Virus record (IMG/VR): IMGVR_UViG_3300032227_000842
Span: 1-26,861 of that record
DNA from: a virus
Taxonomy: Duplodnaviria; Caudoviricetes
Strand: one strand, 5' to 3'
DNA: 26,861 nt
Every line of letters begins with the position of its first letter. The first letter of the stretch is position 1. A program made the translations under genes and the position numbers. The notes below the pieces were generated by a model. That model was not told where the DNA came from. It worked only from the letters and a program-made list of their open reading frames with translations, and searched no databases. Of the stretch, positions 26,022 through 26,861 are shown piece by piece.

Positions 26022-26861
26022 ATGGCAATGATATCAGGAATAAAAATTACAGCACTACAAGATATTGGTGCATCAAATATTTCACACACTACTCTTGTAC
26101 CTGTAGTTAAACTTGGTAATGGTGCTACCTCTATTACAGAAAAAGCTAATTTACAAATAGTTGGTAATTTGATTTTAAACGGAGCAGGTGGTTTTTATTT
26201 TCCTCCAGCAGCAGTATCAGTAATAGCACAAAGCGTATCTAATTCTGATCAACCAAATATCACTAGTCTAGGTACTCTAACATCATTGACATTAAGCGGC
26301 GATTTAAATGCTAATAATATTGTATTGTCTGGTCAAATATCTGCTACTACACAAACAGGCATTTCAGCAAATGGTACAAATCAATCTACAGCAACACCAA
26401 TTACTAGTGCTATTAATGTAATAGGCACTGCTAATGCAGGCCAAGGGGTAATATTACCCTCTGTATCAGGTGCGGCTATTACTTTAGTTAATTCAACCTC
26501 AAATTCGGTATTAGTGTATCCAAATTTTAATGGAGCCATAAATTCAAGCTATTCTAATTTTCCACTGACTCTAAACCCGTCAGTAATCTTACAATTTATT
26601 TCCAGCTCAACAACTCAATGGTATACGATAGGAGGTGATGGATCACGGCCTATACCTACTTCAAGTACTACTACAACTTCTACTTCAAGTACTACTACAA
26701 CTTCTACTTCAAGTACTACTACAACTTCTACTTCAAGTACTACTACAACTTCTACTACCACTACAACAGAAGCACCTACTACGACAACTACAACAGAAGC
26801 ACCAACAACTACCACTACAACAGAAGCACCAACAACTACCACTACAACAGAAGCACCAACA
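26022..26861 (+). CDS. Virion/fibre-like protein with Ser/Thr-rich repeats (3'-truncated by the window)
   Basis: Not in the ORF track. ATG 26022 opens a frame to the window end: MAMISGIKITALQDIG...QPNITSLGTLTSL...QWYTIGGDGSRPIP(TSSTTTTS)4 then TnEAP repeats. QPNITSLGTL is a common fibre motif. Confidence 0.8.
   Translation, partial: MAMISGIKITALQDIGASNISHTTLVPVVKLGNGATSITEKANLQIVGNLILNGAGGFYFPPAAVSVIAQSVSNSDQPNITSLGTLTSLTLSGDLNANNIVLSGQISATTQTGISANGTNQSTATPITSAINVIGTANAGQGVILPSVSGAAITLVNSTSNSVLVYPNFNGAINSSYSNFPLTLNPSVILQFISSSTTQWYTIGGDGSRPIPTSSTTTTSTSSTTTTSTSSTTTTSTSSTTTTSTTTTTEAPTTTTTTEAPTTTTTTEAPTTTTTTEAPT
26658..26861 (+). repeat. 24-nt perfect repeat x4 (TSSTTTTS) followed by 27-nt repeats (TTTTTTEAP)
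   Basis: ACTTCAAGTACTACTACAACTTCT at 26658, 26682, 26706 and 26730; then ACAACTACCACTACAACAGAAGCACCA-type units to the end. Confidence 0.95.

Noticed and set aside
1-26861. Alternative genetic code (stop-codon recoding)
   Set aside because: Genes are full length and densely packed under the standard code, with TAA and TGA stops at gene ends and no fragmented core genes.
1-26861. tRNA, rRNA, introns or inteins
   Set aside because: Intergenic gaps are short, and none shows cloverleaf, group I/II intron or intein terminal motifs that I could recognise.

Overview
AT-rich (roughly 35% GC by eye) segment of a large tailed dsDNA phage with T4-like myovirus morphogenesis genes; it resembles uncultured aquatic large myophages. 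It contains the 3' end of a PD-(D/E)XK exonuclease gene, several fibre/virion proteins, gp14- and gp15-like neck/tail-completion genes (minus strand), NUDIX, MazG, gp13-like neck protein, a ParB/Srx-domain protein, dNMP kinase, a degenerate HNH protein, a very large (1296 aa) tail sheath, tail tube and a tube-fold paralogue, gp4-like head-completion nuclease, a possible small terminase, putative internal head proteins and more fibre genes. A T4-late-type promoter (nnTAAATA) precedes most structural genes, and one near-consensus sigma70 promoter drives an embedded early island. Main observations: (1) long perfect hairpins that bury the ribosome-binding site or start codon and overlap a promoter at the three co-directional junctions where the inferred temporal class changes (171-202, 10876-10914, 12150-12185), the third apparently with reversed logic; (2) a GC-rich three-hairpin RNA in the 5' leader of a structural gene (3652-3711); (3) several apparently leaderless late genes; (4) proteins with T4-like capsid-targeting N-termini, including a 1025-aa modular putative polyprotein and a ParB/Srx enzyme; (5) mucin-like Thr-rich tails on two unrelated virion proteins. 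All protein calls come from motif recognition by eye, not from database searches.
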